Origin: an uncultured Alphaproteobacteria bacterium
GTDB taxonomy: Bacteria > Pseudomonadota > Alphaproteobacteria > RF32 > CAG-239
Length of the DNA: 64,000 bases
NCBI GenBank assembly: GCA_944391405.1
Contig: CALXTN010000005.1
Coordinates: 1,515 to 65,514 of the forward strand
Direction of reading: 5' to 3'
The notes under the pieces were generated by a model that searched no databases, was not told where the DNA came from, and saw only the letters and a list, made by a program, of their open reading frames with translations. The translations under genes and the position numbers were made by a program. Numbering within the stretch: the stretch's first letter is position 1; every line of letters starts with the position of its first letter. Positions 8,228-19,098 of this stretch are shown here, piece by piece.

Positions 8228-9199
8228 CTATATTTTTGATATGATTTTAGCTATATCTTTTGCTGTATTCAAAAAGGGTGGGGTTGATGTTGATTTGTTT
8301 ACAATGTTTTTATTAAGTTCTATTGCGTATCCATTGTCATATAGGGATTGAACAAAGCGCAGATGTTTTGGGGTTAACCAATTTTTACCTGTAAAAATTT
8401 GTAATTTTTTTTGGGTTGCAGTAGCTTCGCTACACATGGATACTGAATCTCCAGTAACAACAAGATTGTCAGCGCATGCTAAAAAACCAAGGTAAGGGTT
8501 ATTTTCTTTGGAACCCCATAGATATGCATAGTGAGGGTATTTCTCTAAATAGGACATTATTTTTTTTTCAGCATTTAATCCTGTGCGGCGGGATGTGGTT
8601 ATTAATAGTGATCCACCTTCTGTCTCTTTTAAGAGGGCAATCGATTTAGCTAATTCTTCCGCATTTTCTATAGAAAAGGGATGTCTTTTTATAGCCCCAC
8701 CGACGATTACTGCTGTAATTGGATGTGGCAAATGTGAAAATTTTGTTATCCATTCTTTATATGCGCTTTCTAATTTTTCTTTTGTTATGAAATGAGGACA
8801 GCCAATTGTATAATGGATATTAGGGGCATGTAGTTTGTTTTTATCATGCTCAGGGGTGAATATTAGGTCAAATTCTTTGATTCCAAAATACCCAATGTGT
8901 CCTAATTGCACTAATTTTGTTTTAGAATTTTGTTTTTTTATGTAACGAGCAATTGGGGCTGTTCTTCTGGTTGAGGACAGCACAATATCAGGATAAGGTG
9001 CTTTTATTTCTGCTTTTGATTCTTGTGTTAGCCCTATTAAAGTTCTGCCACGGATAAAATTTGGTAAGCTCGCTAATTTAGTATATTCTATTTTTTTATA
9101 TATCACGGAGGTATTTGCAGAATTTAAGTAATTTGCAATACCTTCTGCTTGGTGACGGCTACCAGCTCTGTTGTCTATAAGAATCCAAATATTTTTCAT
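8228..9199 (-). CDS. ELM1-family (mitochondrial fission ELM1 / DUF1022) glycosyltransferase-like protein
   Basis: 323 aa; the N-terminus MKNIWILIDNRAGSRHQAEGIA and overall pattern fit the alphaproteobacterial ELM1 family. Confidence 0.6.
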   Translation of the reverse strand: MKNIWILIDNRAGSRHQAEGIANYLNSANTSVIYKKIEYTKLASLPNFIRGRTLIGLTQESKAEIKAPYPDIVLSSTRRTAPIARYIKKQNSKTKLVQLGHIGYFGIKEFDLIFTPEHDKNKLHAPNIHYTIGCPHFITKEKLESAYKEWITKFSHLPHPITAVIVGGAIKRHPFSIENAEELAKSIALLKETEGGSLLITTSRRTGLNAEKKIMSYLEKYPHYAYLWGSKENNPYLGFLACADNLVVTGDSVSMCSEATATQKKLQIFTGKNWLTPKHLRFVQSLYDNGYAIELNKNIVNKSTSTPPFLNTAKDIAKIISKI

Positions 9200-9296
9200 G
9201 GGCGTAACTTTTAGAAAACAAAATCTTATTTAGTTTTTATTAAGTTATATATGATATAGATATATTTGCAAGGGGATTTTTAAGAGAGTTTTTAGT

Positions 9297-9602
9297 ATGT
9301 TGAAAAAAGTAGTTTTTGTTTGTTTCTGCTTTATGATTTTTGCAATTGGTGCGAAAGCTCAAGTGGCAGCGCTAAATGAGGCTAAATATATTACAACGTT
9401 GAAAGTTATTACGGATCATAAGATGAATGATGTCGATTTAGTCGCTGATATTGATAAGTTGCGTCAGAGCGATAATTTTATTAAAGATTTAAAAAAAATG
9501 TTAGCAAAGTTAGACAACGATAGGCCGAACAGTGCTAAGAATCTGAAAATAAAAAGAATTTTAGAAAGAGCAGGAAAAGATATTTATAATGAACTTAAGT
9601 AA
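9297..9602 (+). CDS. Small secreted hypothetical protein
   Basis: 101 aa with a signal peptide (cleavage around AKA-QV). Confidence 0.4.
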   Translation: MLKKVVFVCFCFMIFAIGAKAQVAALNEAKYITTLKVITDHKMNDVDLVADIDKLRQSDNFIKDLKKMLAKLDNDRPNSAKNLKIKRILERAGKDIYNELK

Positions 9603-9621
9603 TTGGTGAGGTATAAGAGTT

Positions 9622-9993
9622 ATGAAAAAAATAGTGTGTTTGTTTGCTTTGTTTTTAGGGGCTTGCACAACTGAATATATTTTGATGGATGAAAATTCTA
9701 ATCCAGTTCAGGATGGATATTATACACAATTGGAGCAAGAAAGTTCTGTAGATAATAGTTTATCGCAGCTTTCTCAACGCAATTTGACTGTTAATGATGT
9801 TTTTGTGGTTGGGGAAGGTAATGATTTTGTTACTTATCAGTATAAAAATGTGCGCGTAGACGAGATATCTCCTTTAGCTTCTATGTATTGTGCAGATGTT
9901 TCTTATGGCGGGTCTCCATATTTGCGTGAAGTTACTATGTATCATAATGGTTTTATGCGCGCGACCTTTGATTGTGTTAGCCTTGCAATCTAG
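9622..9993 (+). CDS. Hypothetical lipoprotein
   Basis: Lipobox LGAC after a hydrophobic signal; 123 aa. Confidence 0.45.
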   Translation: MKKIVCLFALFLGACTTEYILMDENSNPVQDGYYTQLEQESSVDNSLSQLSQRNLTVNDVFVVGEGNDFVTYQYKNVRVDEISPLASMYCADVSYGGSPYLREVTMYHNGFMRATFDCVSLAI

Positions 9994-10034
9994 TATCTTG
10001 TTCCCTATATATTATCAAAAGGGGATGTGATGTT

Positions 10035-10979
10035 ATGGTAAAAAATCTTTATGAAGTATTGGGTGTTGCTAAAACAGCAACAGAGGCTGAAATTAAGTCT
10101 CAATATCGTAAATTAGCTCGAAAATATCATCCGGATTTAAATAAAGATGATAAAAATGCAGCGGAGAAATTTAAAGAGGTTTCTGCCGCTTATGATATTT
10201 TAGGTGATAAAGATAAACGTAGGAAATACGATAATCGCGAAATAGACGAAGAGGGGAAACCTACAGGTTTTGGTGCAGGTGGTTTTAACCCAGGTGGTGG
10301 GACATATAGGACGTATTCTACAAATGGGTTTAATGGCGCTCAGGGCTTTAGTAATACTGGTGGTTTTGATTTTTCTTCATTATTTGGAGAGGATATTTTT
10401 AGTCAGTTTAGTAATGCCGGCGGGGCTGGTTTTGGTTCAACTACTGGATTTAATACTAGACGTGCGCAAAAAGGACAGGATGTTTCCTATTCTCTTGATG
10501 TAGATTTTTTGGATGCAGCTAAAGGTGCTGAAAAATATATTTCTATTAATGGAAAAAGATTGAGTGTTAAAATTCCGGCTGGTACAGCCACTGGGCAGAC
10601 ATTGCGTCTTAAAGGGCAGGGAATGCCTGGTATCAATGGAGGAACCTCTGGTGATGCACTGATTACGTTGACAGTGGGGCAACATCCATATTTTAAAGCG
10701 GAAGGACGTGATATTTTGGTTGATTTGCCTATTTCAATGAAAGAAGCGATTTTAGGGGCAAAAGTTATTGTACCAACACTTAGTGGTAAAGTTAGTGTTA
10801 AAATTCCTCCATATGCATCTAGTGGTGAAAAATTACGCTTAAAAGGTAAAGGTATTAAAACAAAAGATGGTGTTGGAGATGAAATTGTAAATTTGGCGAT
10901 TATGGCGCCGAAAATAAAAAATAATAGTTTGGAAGATGTATTAAGTAAATTACCAGATGAGCAGTTGAGGGCTTTTTAA
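10035..10979 (+). CDS. cbpA: CbpA-like DnaJ-family co-chaperone (curved-DNA-binding protein type)
   Basis: J-domain with HPD (YHPDLNK); a G/F-rich linker; two C-terminal CTD repeats closely resembling E. coli CbpA (KIPAGTATGQTLRLKGQGMPG...). No DnaJ-type zinc finger. Confidence 0.75.
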   Translation: MVKNLYEVLGVAKTATEAEIKSQYRKLARKYHPDLNKDDKNAAEKFKEVSAAYDILGDKDKRRKYDNREIDEEGKPTGFGAGGFNPGGGTYRTYSTNGFNGAQGFSNTGGFDFSSLFGEDIFSQFSNAGGAGFGSTTGFNTRRAQKGQDVSYSLDVDFLDAAKGAEKYISINGKRLSVKIPAGTATGQTLRLKGQGMPGINGGTSGDALITLTVGQHPYFKAEGRDILVDLPISMKEAILGAKVIVPTLSGKVSVKIPPYASSGEKLRLKGKGIKTKDGVGDEIVNLAIMAPKIKNNSLEDVLSKLPDEQLRAF

Positions 10980-11542
10980 TGCATTTTGAGGCTTTAGAAA
11001 ATTTTGAATGGTATAATGATCCTGAAAATGTTCGTTTTGAAGATGATGCAATGGTTATTTATGCTCGTTCTAATACGGATTTTTGGCAAAGTATTCATCG
11101 CGGATTTAAAAAGGATGATGGGCATTTTTTCTTTTGTCGGCAAGGTGGGGATTTCTTTTTAACACTCAAATGGAAATTTGATGTATTGGAAAATTTTTCT
11201 CAATGCGGAATTATGTTGAGAATCGATGAGCGTAATTGGTTTAAGGCTTCCTTAATGAATGAAAATGCTTTGCAAAATATTATGGCTTCTTCCTTGACCA
11301 TTATGGGGCATTCAGATTGGGCGGGTTTTAATCTATCCCAAAATGTTCATGAAATTTGGTTTAGGTTAAACCGTGTAGGTGATGATTATATTTTAGCTTA
11401 TTCTTTGGACGGAATTCAATTTATTAAAATTCGTATGTTTTATATGCAGAGTTATGAAGAAGTTAAAGTAGGGGCTTACATTGCTAGTCCTAATGATGAG
11501 AATTTTTCTGCAGAACTTTCTGGGTTGAAGCTTGGTCTATAG
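10979..11542 (+). CDS. DUF1349-like (concanavalin-like beta-sandwich) protein, translationally coupled to cbpA
   Basis: TAATG stop/start overlap with cbpA. NTDFWQSIHRGFKKDDGHFFF resembles the DUF1349 signature (TDFW...YGF..D.GHF). Tentative. Confidence 0.4.
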   Translation: MHFEALENFEWYNDPENVRFEDDAMVIYARSNTDFWQSIHRGFKKDDGHFFFCRQGGDFFLTLKWKFDVLENFSQCGIMLRIDERNWFKASLMNENALQNIMASSLTIMGHSDWAGFNLSQNVHEIWFRLNRVGDDYILAYSLDGIQFIKIRMFYMQSYEEVKVGAYIASPNDENFSAELSGLKLGL

Positions 11543-11692
11543 ATGAATTTTAAGAAAGAATCTTATTATTAAAGATTAGTAAAGATATCCGCTTTGATAC
11601 GAAAATTTTTTTCTTGACAACTAGATAAATTTGTTGTCTTTTTATCATGTTTATAACATACATTTTAGTATGTATCTATAATTTTAGGAGGC

Positions 11693-12307
11693 TTGATGGC
11701 TAGGAAATGCAAAGAAGATGCTGAAAAAACAAGGCAAGCTGTTTTGGAATCTGCATTAGATGTTTTTTCTGAGAAAGGTTTTGCAAAAACTACGTTTGAT
11801 GAAATTGCAGCAAGAGCAGGTTTTACAAAAGGGGCAGTGTATTGGTATTTCAGAAATAAGGCGGATTTAGTGGCGGCATTGATTACGGAATATGTTGAAC
11901 GTAAACGTGCAGAATTAGCTCCGGTTGTTCCTGAAGGGAATTCTTTGGATGATTTGCTTAACTATTTTGTGCTATGGGCAGAAGCAAGTGAAAAAGATCA
12001 AAGATTTTCCCGTTTTAATAGGTTTATGGCTTGTCAAATGGAGTGGTCAGAGGCTGTTATTGATAGAGTTGATAAAGCTAGGGCTTTGACTAAAAATCAT
12101 CATTTAGAAAAAATTAATGCAGTTTTGATAGAATCAAAGAATAAAGGCGAATTGCATGAAGATGTTAATATTGATGTTATGTCTCATGTCATAATGTCTA
12201 CTTATATCGGAATTGTATTTTCTGTTTTGAGTAAAAGAGTTAATTTTAGTATGGTTGATATGGTTCATTCAGGGATGAAAGCTCTGTTGAACGGGATAAG
12301 AAAATAG
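11693..12307 (+). CDS. TetR/AcrR-family transcriptional repressor of the downstream RND efflux operon
   Basis: N-terminal TetR HTH (TTFDEIAARAGFTKGAVYWYF); lies directly upstream of the efflux operon. Confidence 0.85.
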   Translation: MMARKCKEDAEKTRQAVLESALDVFSEKGFAKTTFDEIAARAGFTKGAVYWYFRNKADLVAALITEYVERKRAELAPVVPEGNSLDDLLNYFVLWAEASEKDQRFSRFNRFMACQMEWSEAVIDRVDKARALTKNHHLEKINAVLIESKNKGELHEDVNIDVMSHVIMSTYIGIVFSVLSKRVNFSMVDMVHSGMKALLNGIRK

Positions 12308-12376
12308 GGTGGAAAAATGCATAAAATAGATCTTAAGGAAGTTATTAAAGTTGATAAGAAAGAGGGGGTGAAAATT

Positions 12377-13492
12377 ATGAAAAAAAGTTATTTGTTTGCA
12401 GGTACTGTTGCGTTGTTAGCAGTTATTGCAGGATGCCATTTTTATGGTCAGAAGGCTGAAACAGCTGGGATGCCGGCAGTAAATGTTACTGTTGCAGAAG
12501 TTAAAGAAGAAGCTATTAATAATCCTAAAACTTATGTTGCTTTGGTTGAAGCTATTAATAGTGTGGATGTTGTTGCGAAGGTTAGCGGTAGTTTGGATAA
12601 GGTAAATTTTGTAGAGGGGAGTTTTGTGAAAAAAGATGATCCTCTCTTTATTATTGATAAAGATACTTACAAGGCTAATTATAATTTGGCTCTGGCTCAA
12701 TTGGAAAGTGCAAAAGCTAATTTGACAAAAACGGAACGTGATTATAATCGTCAAAAACAATTAAGTGCTAAGAATATAGCGTCTAAAGCTACATACGATA
12801 GTGCTGAAAGTGCATATTTGCAAGCGAAGGCAGCTGTTTCTCAGGCAGAGGCTCAACTTCAGTTAGCGAAAATTGATTTGGATAATACAGAAGTTAAAGC
12901 TTATATTGACGGTTATATCGGAAAAACCCAAGTTACAGAGGGAAATTATGTCAATGCTTCGGCTGAGCCTTTGGCTAGAGTTGTACAAATTAATCCAATT
13001 AGAATTGCTTTTTCTTTAACAGATAAGGAGTTTTTGGAACTTAACGCGGGATCTGATAAACCTCTAGAAAATTTTGTGATGAATATTGAGTTGGCTAGTG
13101 GGGAAATTTTTAGTGAGAAATTGGAAAGAGTTTTTGCTAATAATGAAATTAATCAAGGTACAGCAACAATTGCAGTTTATGCAGATATTAAAAATGATAA
13201 AGGTTTATTAAAACCTGGTGCTTATGTTAAAATGTTTATTACTTCTTCTAATCCAAAGAAAGCTTTGACCATTCCTGAAACGGCGATTATCCAAAATGAA
13301 GAAACTTCTCAAGTTTATGTGGTTGGTGCTGATAATGTTGCAAATCTCAGAAAAGTAGAATTAGGTGATGCCTTTGAAGGTAAACAAATTATTGTTAGCG
13401 GTTTAAAAGCTGGTGATAAAGTTATTGCTAGTGGTATGCAAAACAGAATGATGCGCCCAGGTGCTACAGTTAATATCGTAAGTGCAAACTAA
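12377..13492 (+). CDS. RND efflux periplasmic adaptor (membrane fusion protein, AcrA/MexA-like) lipoprotein
   Basis: Likely start is MKKSYLFAGTVALLAVIAGC (lipobox) with RBS GAGGGGGTG. Coiled-coil hairpin and beta-barrel domains. The ORF-track start at 12317 is probably an upstream extension. Confidence 0.85.
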   Translation: MKKSYLFAGTVALLAVIAGCHFYGQKAETAGMPAVNVTVAEVKEEAINNPKTYVALVEAINSVDVVAKVSGSLDKVNFVEGSFVKKDDPLFIIDKDTYKANYNLALAQLESAKANLTKTERDYNRQKQLSAKNIASKATYDSAESAYLQAKAAVSQAEAQLQLAKIDLDNTEVKAYIDGYIGKTQVTEGNYVNASAEPLARVVQINPIRIAFSLTDKEFLELNAGSDKPLENFVMNIELASGEIFSEKLERVFANNEINQGTATIAVYADIKNDKGLLKPGAYVKMFITSSNPKKALTIPETAIIQNEETSQVYVVGADNVANLRKVELGDAFEGKQIIVSGLKAGDKVIASGMQNRMMRPGATVNIVSAN

Positions 13493-13510
13493 TTTGAGGG
13501 AGAGAAGGGT

Positions 13511-16500
13511 ATGTTCTCTAAGTTCTTTATTGAAAGACCGCGTTTTGCGGTAGTTATTGCTATCGTTATGAGTTTGGCGGGTATAATTGCTATTTTTTCA
13601 TTACCTATTGCAATGTATCCGGAAATTACTCCGCCATCAGTAACCGTTTCTGCTGACTATACAGGAGCTAGCGCCGAAACTGTAGCTAATACGGTTGCCA
13701 TTCCGATTGAAAAGGAAATTAACGGTGTTGATAACATGCTTTACATGAGCTCTTCATCATATAACTCTGGTAACTATCAATTGGATATTAGTTTTGAAAT
13801 CGGTACAGATCCAGACTTGGCACAAGTTAAAGTTCAAAACCGTGTACAGAAAGCTATTAACAGTTTGCCTGATGAAGTGCAAACGCGAGGCGTTAATGTT
13901 ATTAAACGCTCTTCTGAAATTTTGGCTTTTTTGCAGGCTATTTCTCCTAATGGTACTCATGATCGTAATTTCTTAAATAATTACGTTACTAATAATATTA
14001 AGAACAACTTGGCTCGTCAGTATGGTGTTGGCGATGTGCGTGTTATGGGGTCGGATTTAAGTATGCGCGTCTGGTTGGATGCCGATAAAATGGCTGCTTT
14101 AAATCTTCCTATTAGCACAGTGCAGCAGGCTATTACTAGTCAGAATTATCAACCTTCTTTGGGGTCTGTTGGCGCAGAGCCAAATGATGGTACAAGCGAA
14201 ATTGTATTTTCTTTGGAAACTAAGGGGCGTTTGAACGAAGCTAAAGATTTTGAGAATATTATTGTTAGGACAGAAGCTGAAGGTGGTTTGGTTCGCCTAA
14301 AAGATATTGCTAAAGTTGAAATTGGTTCAGAGAGTTATTTAACGGTTTCTGATGTTGATGGTCAACCAAACGTTGCTTTGATGTTGAATAAACTTTCCGG
14401 TGCAAATGCTTTGCAAGCAATGGAAGCTGTTAATGCTGAATTGGAACGTTTGTCTAAGTATTATCCTGAAGACTTTGATGTGCAAGTGTTCTTTGATGCT
14501 ACCGAATTTATTCGTGTTTCTATTGAAGAAGTTGTTTTTACTTTAGTCTTGACATTCTTATTGGTGGTTTTAGTTTGTTATGTATTCTTACAAGACTGGC
14601 GAGCAACACTTATTCCATCAATTGCAATTCCTGTGTCTATTTTAGCAACATTTGCTGTTATGTTGGCATTGGGATATAACCTTAATATTTTGACATTGTT
14701 TGGTTTGATTTTAGCCATCGGTTTGGTTGTGGATGATGCTATTGTGGTGGTAGAACGTGTTTTGTATTTGATGCAAACTGAGAATCTATCTCCGAAAGAA
14801 GCTTCAATTAAAGCAATGGAACAGGTGTCTTCGGCGGTTGTTGCAACAACATTAGTTTTGTTGGCAATTTTTGTGCCGATTGCATTTATGGGAGGTGTTA
14901 CCGGTAGAATTTATCAACAATTTGCTATTGCGATTTCTTTTGCGGTACTCTTTTCTGGTGTTAATGCTTTGACACTTAGTCCGGCTTTGAGTGCGACATT
15001 ATTAAGACCAATTAAACCGAGAACATCCGGATTTTTGTTCAGATTTGAACAAATGATTAATTCCACCAAGAATAAGTATACACAAGCTGTTGCTTGGCTT
15101 GGGCGTAAAATGGCCATTATTATTTTGATTGTCTTGATGTTGGCGGCTCTTAATATCTTTTCTGTATTGAATATTAAATCGTCTTTCTTACCTGATGAGG
15201 ACCAAGGGATGATTATGGCTAATATTCAATTACCTGAAGGTGCATCTGGTCGTCGTACTCTTGATGTGATTGATAAAACTAGACCAATTATGAAAACTGA
15301 AGATAAAATTAGATCTGTGATGAATTTGCGTGGATTTAGTATTTTGGCTGGTCAAGGTGAAAATGTTGGTTTTAATGTTATTGCTTTAAAGCCTTGGTCT
15401 GAACGCGAAGATATTTTAGATAAGTCTTCTAATATTAGATCGCGCTTAAATGCTGCTTTACAGGGGATTACAGAGGCTAATATTATGTTGTTCGAAATGC
15501 CAGCTATTCCTGGTTTGGGTAATAGTAACAGTATGGATTTGAGATTGCAGTCAATTGAAAATTCAGATATGAATCAACTAGAGAAAACCTTAAATGATTT
15601 CTTGATTAAGTTAAACCAACTTCCTGAAGTGGCTATGGCTTATTCTACATTTACTTCTCAGACACCTCACGCTTATTTGGATATTAATCGTGAAAAGGCC
15701 GAGCTTATGGATGTTTCTATCGGAAATATTTATACGACGTTGCAAACATATTTAGGTTCTTTATATGTTAACGATATTAATATCGGTACGCAAGCTAACA
15801 AAGTTATGGTTATGGCGGACTGGAAATATCGTAAAAATCTTGACAGTATTAAGAATTTGTATGTTCAAAGTAATTCTGGTCAGATGGTTCCTTTGGGCAG
15901 CTTGATTGATATTCGTCGTGTTACATTGCCTCGTTCTGTTGATAGATATAATCAATATGCAGCAGCTACAATTAATATTATGGCGTCGGAAAATTCTAGT
16001 TCCGGTGCAGCTATGCAGGCTGTTGAGAAATTAGCAGATGAAGTTCTTTCTAATAAGTATGCATATGAATGGTCAGGAATGAGCTTGCAAGAGAGACGCA
16101 ATCAGGGACAGATTGGATATTTGGTTGCTTTAGCTATCTTGTTTGCTTATCTTTTCTTGGTTGCCCAATATGAGAGTTGGACTATTCCTTTGTCAGTTAT
16201 TCTTTCTGTGATGACGGCAATGTTTGGTGCTTTCGTTGGAATGTTTGTAACCGGATTGTCCTTAAGTATCTATGCTCAGTTAGGTTTGGTGCTTTTGGTT
16301 GGTTTGGCTGCAAAGAATGCGATTTTGATTGTCGAATTTGCTAAAGAGGAACACGAGAAAGGCGCATCTATTGTTGATGCTGCGGTTGTCGGAACAAAAG
16401 AAAGATTCCGTGCCGTGTTGATGACAGCGTTGACCTTTATTCTAGGTGTGGCTCCGATGGTTTGGGCAACCGGAGCATGTTCTGGTTCTCGTGTAGCCGT

Positions 16501-16615
16501 TGGCGTACCGGTATTCTCTGGAATGTTGGTCGGCACGATATTCGGCCTTGTGGTTATTCCTTTGCTGTACATTATGATTCAATCTATTGTAGAGCGTCGG
16601 AAAAAATCTAAATAA
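13511..16615 (+). CDS. RND multidrug efflux transporter (AcrB/MexB-like, HAE1 family)
   Basis: 1034 aa with 12 TM helices and two large periplasmic loops. The N-terminus [24 protein letters not shown] is canonical. Confidence 0.9.
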   Translation: MFSKFFIERPRFAVVIAIVMSLAGIIAIFSLPIAMYPEITPPSVTVSADYTGASAETVANTVAIPIEKEINGVDNMLYMSSSSYNSGNYQLDISFEIGTDPDLAQVKVQNRVQKAINSLPDEVQTRGVNVIKRSSEILAFLQAISPNGTHDRNFLNNYVTNNIKNNLARQYGVGDVRVMGSDLSMRVWLDADKMAALNLPISTVQQAITSQNYQPSLGSVGAEPNDGTSEIVFSLETKGRLNEAKDFENIIVRTEAEGGLVRLKDIAKVEIGSESYLTVSDVDGQPNVALMLNKLSGANALQAMEAVNAELERLSKYYPEDFDVQVFFDATEFIRVSIEEVVFTLVLTFLLVVLVCYVFLQDWRATLIPSIAIPVSILATFAVMLALGYNLNILTLFGLILAIGLVVDDAIVVVERVLYLMQTENLSPKEASIKAMEQVSSAVVATTLVLLAIFVPIAFMGGVTGRIYQQFAIAISFAVLFSGVNALTLSPALSATLLRPIKPRTSGFLFRFEQMINSTKNKYTQAVAWLGRKMAIIILIVLMLAALNIFSVLNIKSSFLPDEDQGMIMANIQLPEGASGRRTLDVIDKTRPIMKTEDKIRSVMNLRGFSILAGQGENVGFNVIALKPWSEREDILDKSSNIRSRLNAALQGITEANIMLFEMPAIPGLGNSNSMDLRLQSIENSDMNQLEKTLNDFLIKLNQLPEVAMAYSTFTSQTPHAYLDINREKAELMDVSIGNIYTTLQTYLGSLYVNDINIGTQANKVMVMADWKYRKNLDSIKNLYVQSNSGQMVPLGSLIDIRRVTLPRSVDRYNQYAAATINIMASENSSSGAAMQAVEKLADEVLSNKYAYEWSGMSLQERRNQGQIGYLVALAILFAYLFLVAQYESWTIPLSVILSVMTAMFGAFVGMFVTGLSLSIYAQLGLVLLVGLAAKNAILIVEFAKEEHEKGASIVDAAVVGTKERFRAVLMTALTFILGVAPMVWATGACSGSRVAVGVPVFSGMLVGTIFGLVVIPLLYIMIQSIVERRKKSK

Positions 16616-16625
16616 TCGTATTAAG

Positions 16626-16656
16626 TAGGGGGCGGCGCTTAGGCGTCGCTCCTTTT
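16626..16656 (+). terminator. Intrinsic terminator after the RND operon
   Basis: GC-rich hairpin GCGGCGC-ttag-GCGTCGC followed by TTTTTT. Confidence 0.55.
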
Positions 16657-16669
16657 TTGTGAGGGATAT

Positions 16670-17320
16670 ATGTTTTCTAAATCTGATGCACAGGATTTTA
16701 TCAGCGATTTATTACAATTTGATTTAGCGCATGGCAGAGAATCCGGTACATGGTATAAATTTCATAATCATGTTTATGGGGTGGGGTATTTGGCACAAAA
16801 AATGGCTGATGTTTTGGGATATATTGATCCTGAAAAAGCTTGGATTTTAGGTGTTATGCATGATGCTGGGAAAATTCATGAACAATTAGAGCAGAGGTTT
16901 CATGGTCTGATTGGGTATGAGTTCTTTAAAGATAAAGATGATGAAATTGCTATAATTTCTTTAACGCATACTTTTCATTTTAATCGTATTCCGCCGTATG
17001 AAAAGGTTGAAAAAATGTTTTTTGGAAGGCGTGAGGATTATAATTTTGTGGCCGATTTTTTAGCACAACATCCGGCAAATGAATATGATAAACTGATACA
17101 AATGTGTGATAGTTTGGCTAATTGTAGTGGTTTTGTGACATTAGAACAACGCGAAGAAGAGTTTTCTCAAAGAAACAATATGTCGGTTCCAGATTATATG
17201 GCGAGTGGAGCCAATCTGCTTAAAGATTTTTTTGATAAGCGTTTGGGACGTGATGTTTATTCTTTTTATGAAGAGATTCCATGTGATTTTATGTTAACCC
17301 CAGGTAATGATTATCAATAA
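16670..17320 (+). CDS. HD-domain phosphohydrolase
   Basis: HD motif H...LGVMHDAGK; 216 aa. Confidence 0.55.
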   Translation: MFSKSDAQDFISDLLQFDLAHGRESGTWYKFHNHVYGVGYLAQKMADVLGYIDPEKAWILGVMHDAGKIHEQLEQRFHGLIGYEFFKDKDDEIAIISLTHTFHFNRIPPYEKVEKMFFGRREDYNFVADFLAQHPANEYDKLIQMCDSLANCSGFVTLEQREEEFSQRNNMSVPDYMASGANLLKDFFDKRLGRDVYSFYEEIPCDFMLTPGNDYQ

Positions 17321-17405
17321 TTCACTTGTTGCAGATATTTTTTTGATAAGGTAGAAAATGCTTGCAATCTGAATTTATTTGTATTATCAAAGAACTGTTT
17401 TTAAT

Positions 17406-17481
17406 GGTCCCATCGTCTAGAGGCCTAGGACGCGGCCCTCTCAAGGCTGCAACACGGGTTCGAATCCCGTTGGGATCACCA
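17406..17481 (+). tRNA. tRNA-Glu (anticodon CUC) with encoded CCA
   Basis: Cloverleaf: acceptor GGTCCCA/TGGGATC; D-arm GTCT..GGAC; anticodon stem CGGCC/GGCTG with loop CTCTCAA; T-arm ACGGG-TTCGAAT-CCCGT. Closely resembles E. coli tRNA-Glu apart from the anticodon. Confidence 0.85.
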
Positions 17482-17488
17482 ATTTAAA

Positions 17489-17516
17489 CAGCAGTCATGA
17501 AAATGGCTGCTTTTTG
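17489..17516 (+). terminator. Terminator hairpin after tRNA-Glu
   Basis: AGCAGTCAT-gaaa-ATGGCTGCT followed by TTTTT. Confidence 0.5.
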
Positions 17517-17680
17517 CGTCGCTACGGAAACAAGTTTCCTACTTGACTAACCTTTGGCTTAGGCTAAAGCCTAGCAAAGCTAAGAGAAGGTTCTTTTATT
17601 TCCAAGGCTTTCAGCAAGTTCGGATGTTTAATTTTCAAAAATAGTCATTTTTTCAATTTGTCCGAACTTTTTGAGTTTTT

Positions 17681-18225
17681 TTATAGTAATTTTCTTTTTC
17701 GATATTTAAGATTTCTGTATCCTAATTTTTCGTATAAATTATTAGCGGCCTCATTAAAGGCGTAGACGTCTAATTCAAGAGATTTTATATTTTTTGATTG
17801 TAAATATTTTTCTGCTTCTAATATCAGGGCTTGAGCGATTCCTTGCTGGCGATAATTTTCATCAATACATAAGTCTCCTATATATCCGAATTTAGGATAG
17901 ATAAAAAATCTTTTGGGCAATCGTATATATATAGTGCTATGTATCCTATAATTTTTTTGCTTTCATTGTAGGCCTTAAATACTACTCCAGCTTCATCTTC
18001 AATTACTTTTTTTATGTATTCTAAATTATATGGTAACTTACATTTATGAAAAAGGGTTGGTTCTTTTTCTTGATGAAGTTTTTGGCTTTGCATGGATAAT
18101 TTTGCTATTTCTTTGATATCATCTAGTTGTGCTATGCTAATTTGGTAATTCATGGAATATTTCTTGGTGGTTAGCGTGCGTTGTAATAGTATGACTAGTC
18201 TATGTTTTAGTTCAATGTTTGTCAA
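17681..18225 (-). pseudogene. Frameshifted GNAT-family N-acetyltransferase (two overlapping ORF fragments)
   Basis: ORFs 17878..18225 (N-terminal part) and 17681..17920 (C-terminal part, with GNAT motif A QQGIAQALI) overlap by 43 nt in different frames. An A6 run at 17903..17908 is a possible slip site. Confidence 0.5.
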
Positions 18226-18358
18226 TAGAGTATGTGGTAATGGGAAAATTTAGTTTGGTTGGAAAGTGTGGATGTTTTTATAAAAGTCAAAAGGATATCT
18301 TGAAAAAATTTTTATCGTTAATACATAAAAATTGTTATGATATTTTAGGAGAGGTAAT

Positions 18359-18544
18359 ATGTTAGGTAAAATAGCGCTTATTTTAACGATAGTTGGCGGT
18401 ATTAACTGGGGATTGGTTGGTATTGCTGATTTTAATTTAGTTAATATGCTTTTAGGTTTTGCGCCTATGTTAGAGAGAATTGTTTATATTATTGTTGGTT
18501 TATCGGCTATTTATGCGGCATATGATATGGTGCAAAAATCTTAA
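18359..18544 (+). CDS. DUF378-family small membrane protein
   Basis: 61 aa; GGINWGLVGIADFNLV...RIVYIIVGLSAIY matches the DUF378 pattern. Confidence 0.55.
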   Translation: MLGKIALILTIVGGINWGLVGIADFNLVNMLLGFAPMLERIVYIIVGLSAIYAAYDMVQKS

Positions 18545-18606
18545 AATTAATAGGCAAAAAAATAAAAGCTCAATCTCTTTTGAGGTTGAGCTTTTTGTAT
18601 TGGTGT

Positions 18607-18906
18607 TTACTGTTTTTTTGTGGTCTTGATTGTTGAAGAGTGAATGCCGATTATCATTAACCCCAGAACAACTAAGACGGGCCATGTGGATGAAATAGAT
18701 CCTATTAAATAGCTGAGATGCAGCATCAGCGCTGCTAGTATTAGGAGGAATAATAGAATAAATTGAATGAATACTTTTTTTAACGGTGAGAAATCTTTGT
18801 TCTTTTTACATAGTTTCTGCGCTTTGTTATACTTAAAAAGTGTGTAGACGCATAGAAGTATTTCTATGCTGAAATAGATTAAAATTATATTTTGCCACTG
18901 TTCCAT
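18607..18906 (-). CDS. Hypothetical small membrane protein
   Basis: 99 aa with two or three TM segments; no recognisable domain. Confidence 0.35.
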   Translation of the reverse strand: MEQWQNIILIYFSIEILLCVYTLFKYNKAQKLCKKNKDFSPLKKVFIQFILLFLLILAALMLHLSYLIGSISSTWPVLVVLGLMIIGIHSSTIKTTKKQ

Positions 18907-19069
18907 AATAGTTAAATTTAATTGTTAGACATAATTGTTGATTTTAGATGTTCTTTATATGAGGTTATGTCAGAAAAGGCAAGTACTTTGTTGTTGGAAT
19001 GGTAAAATTGAAAAAATATTAACAAACAATGCTTTTTATTCTTAATTCTTTTCGGAAAAATTATTAGAA

Positions 19070-19098
19070 GTGGCGAGTATTAGACTTGCCACTTTTTT
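19070..19098 (+). terminator. Orphan intrinsic-terminator-like hairpin in the trpS upstream region
   Basis: GTGGCGAGT-atta-GACTTGCCAC followed by TTTTTT. No plus-strand CDS lies within about 500 nt upstream. Confidence 0.4.

Noticed and set aside
17482-17680. Possible genomic island integrated at tRNA-Glu
   Set aside because: No integrase, no direct repeat of the tRNA 3' end, and no obvious compositional break were seen. Only the decaying GNAT gene lies downstream.
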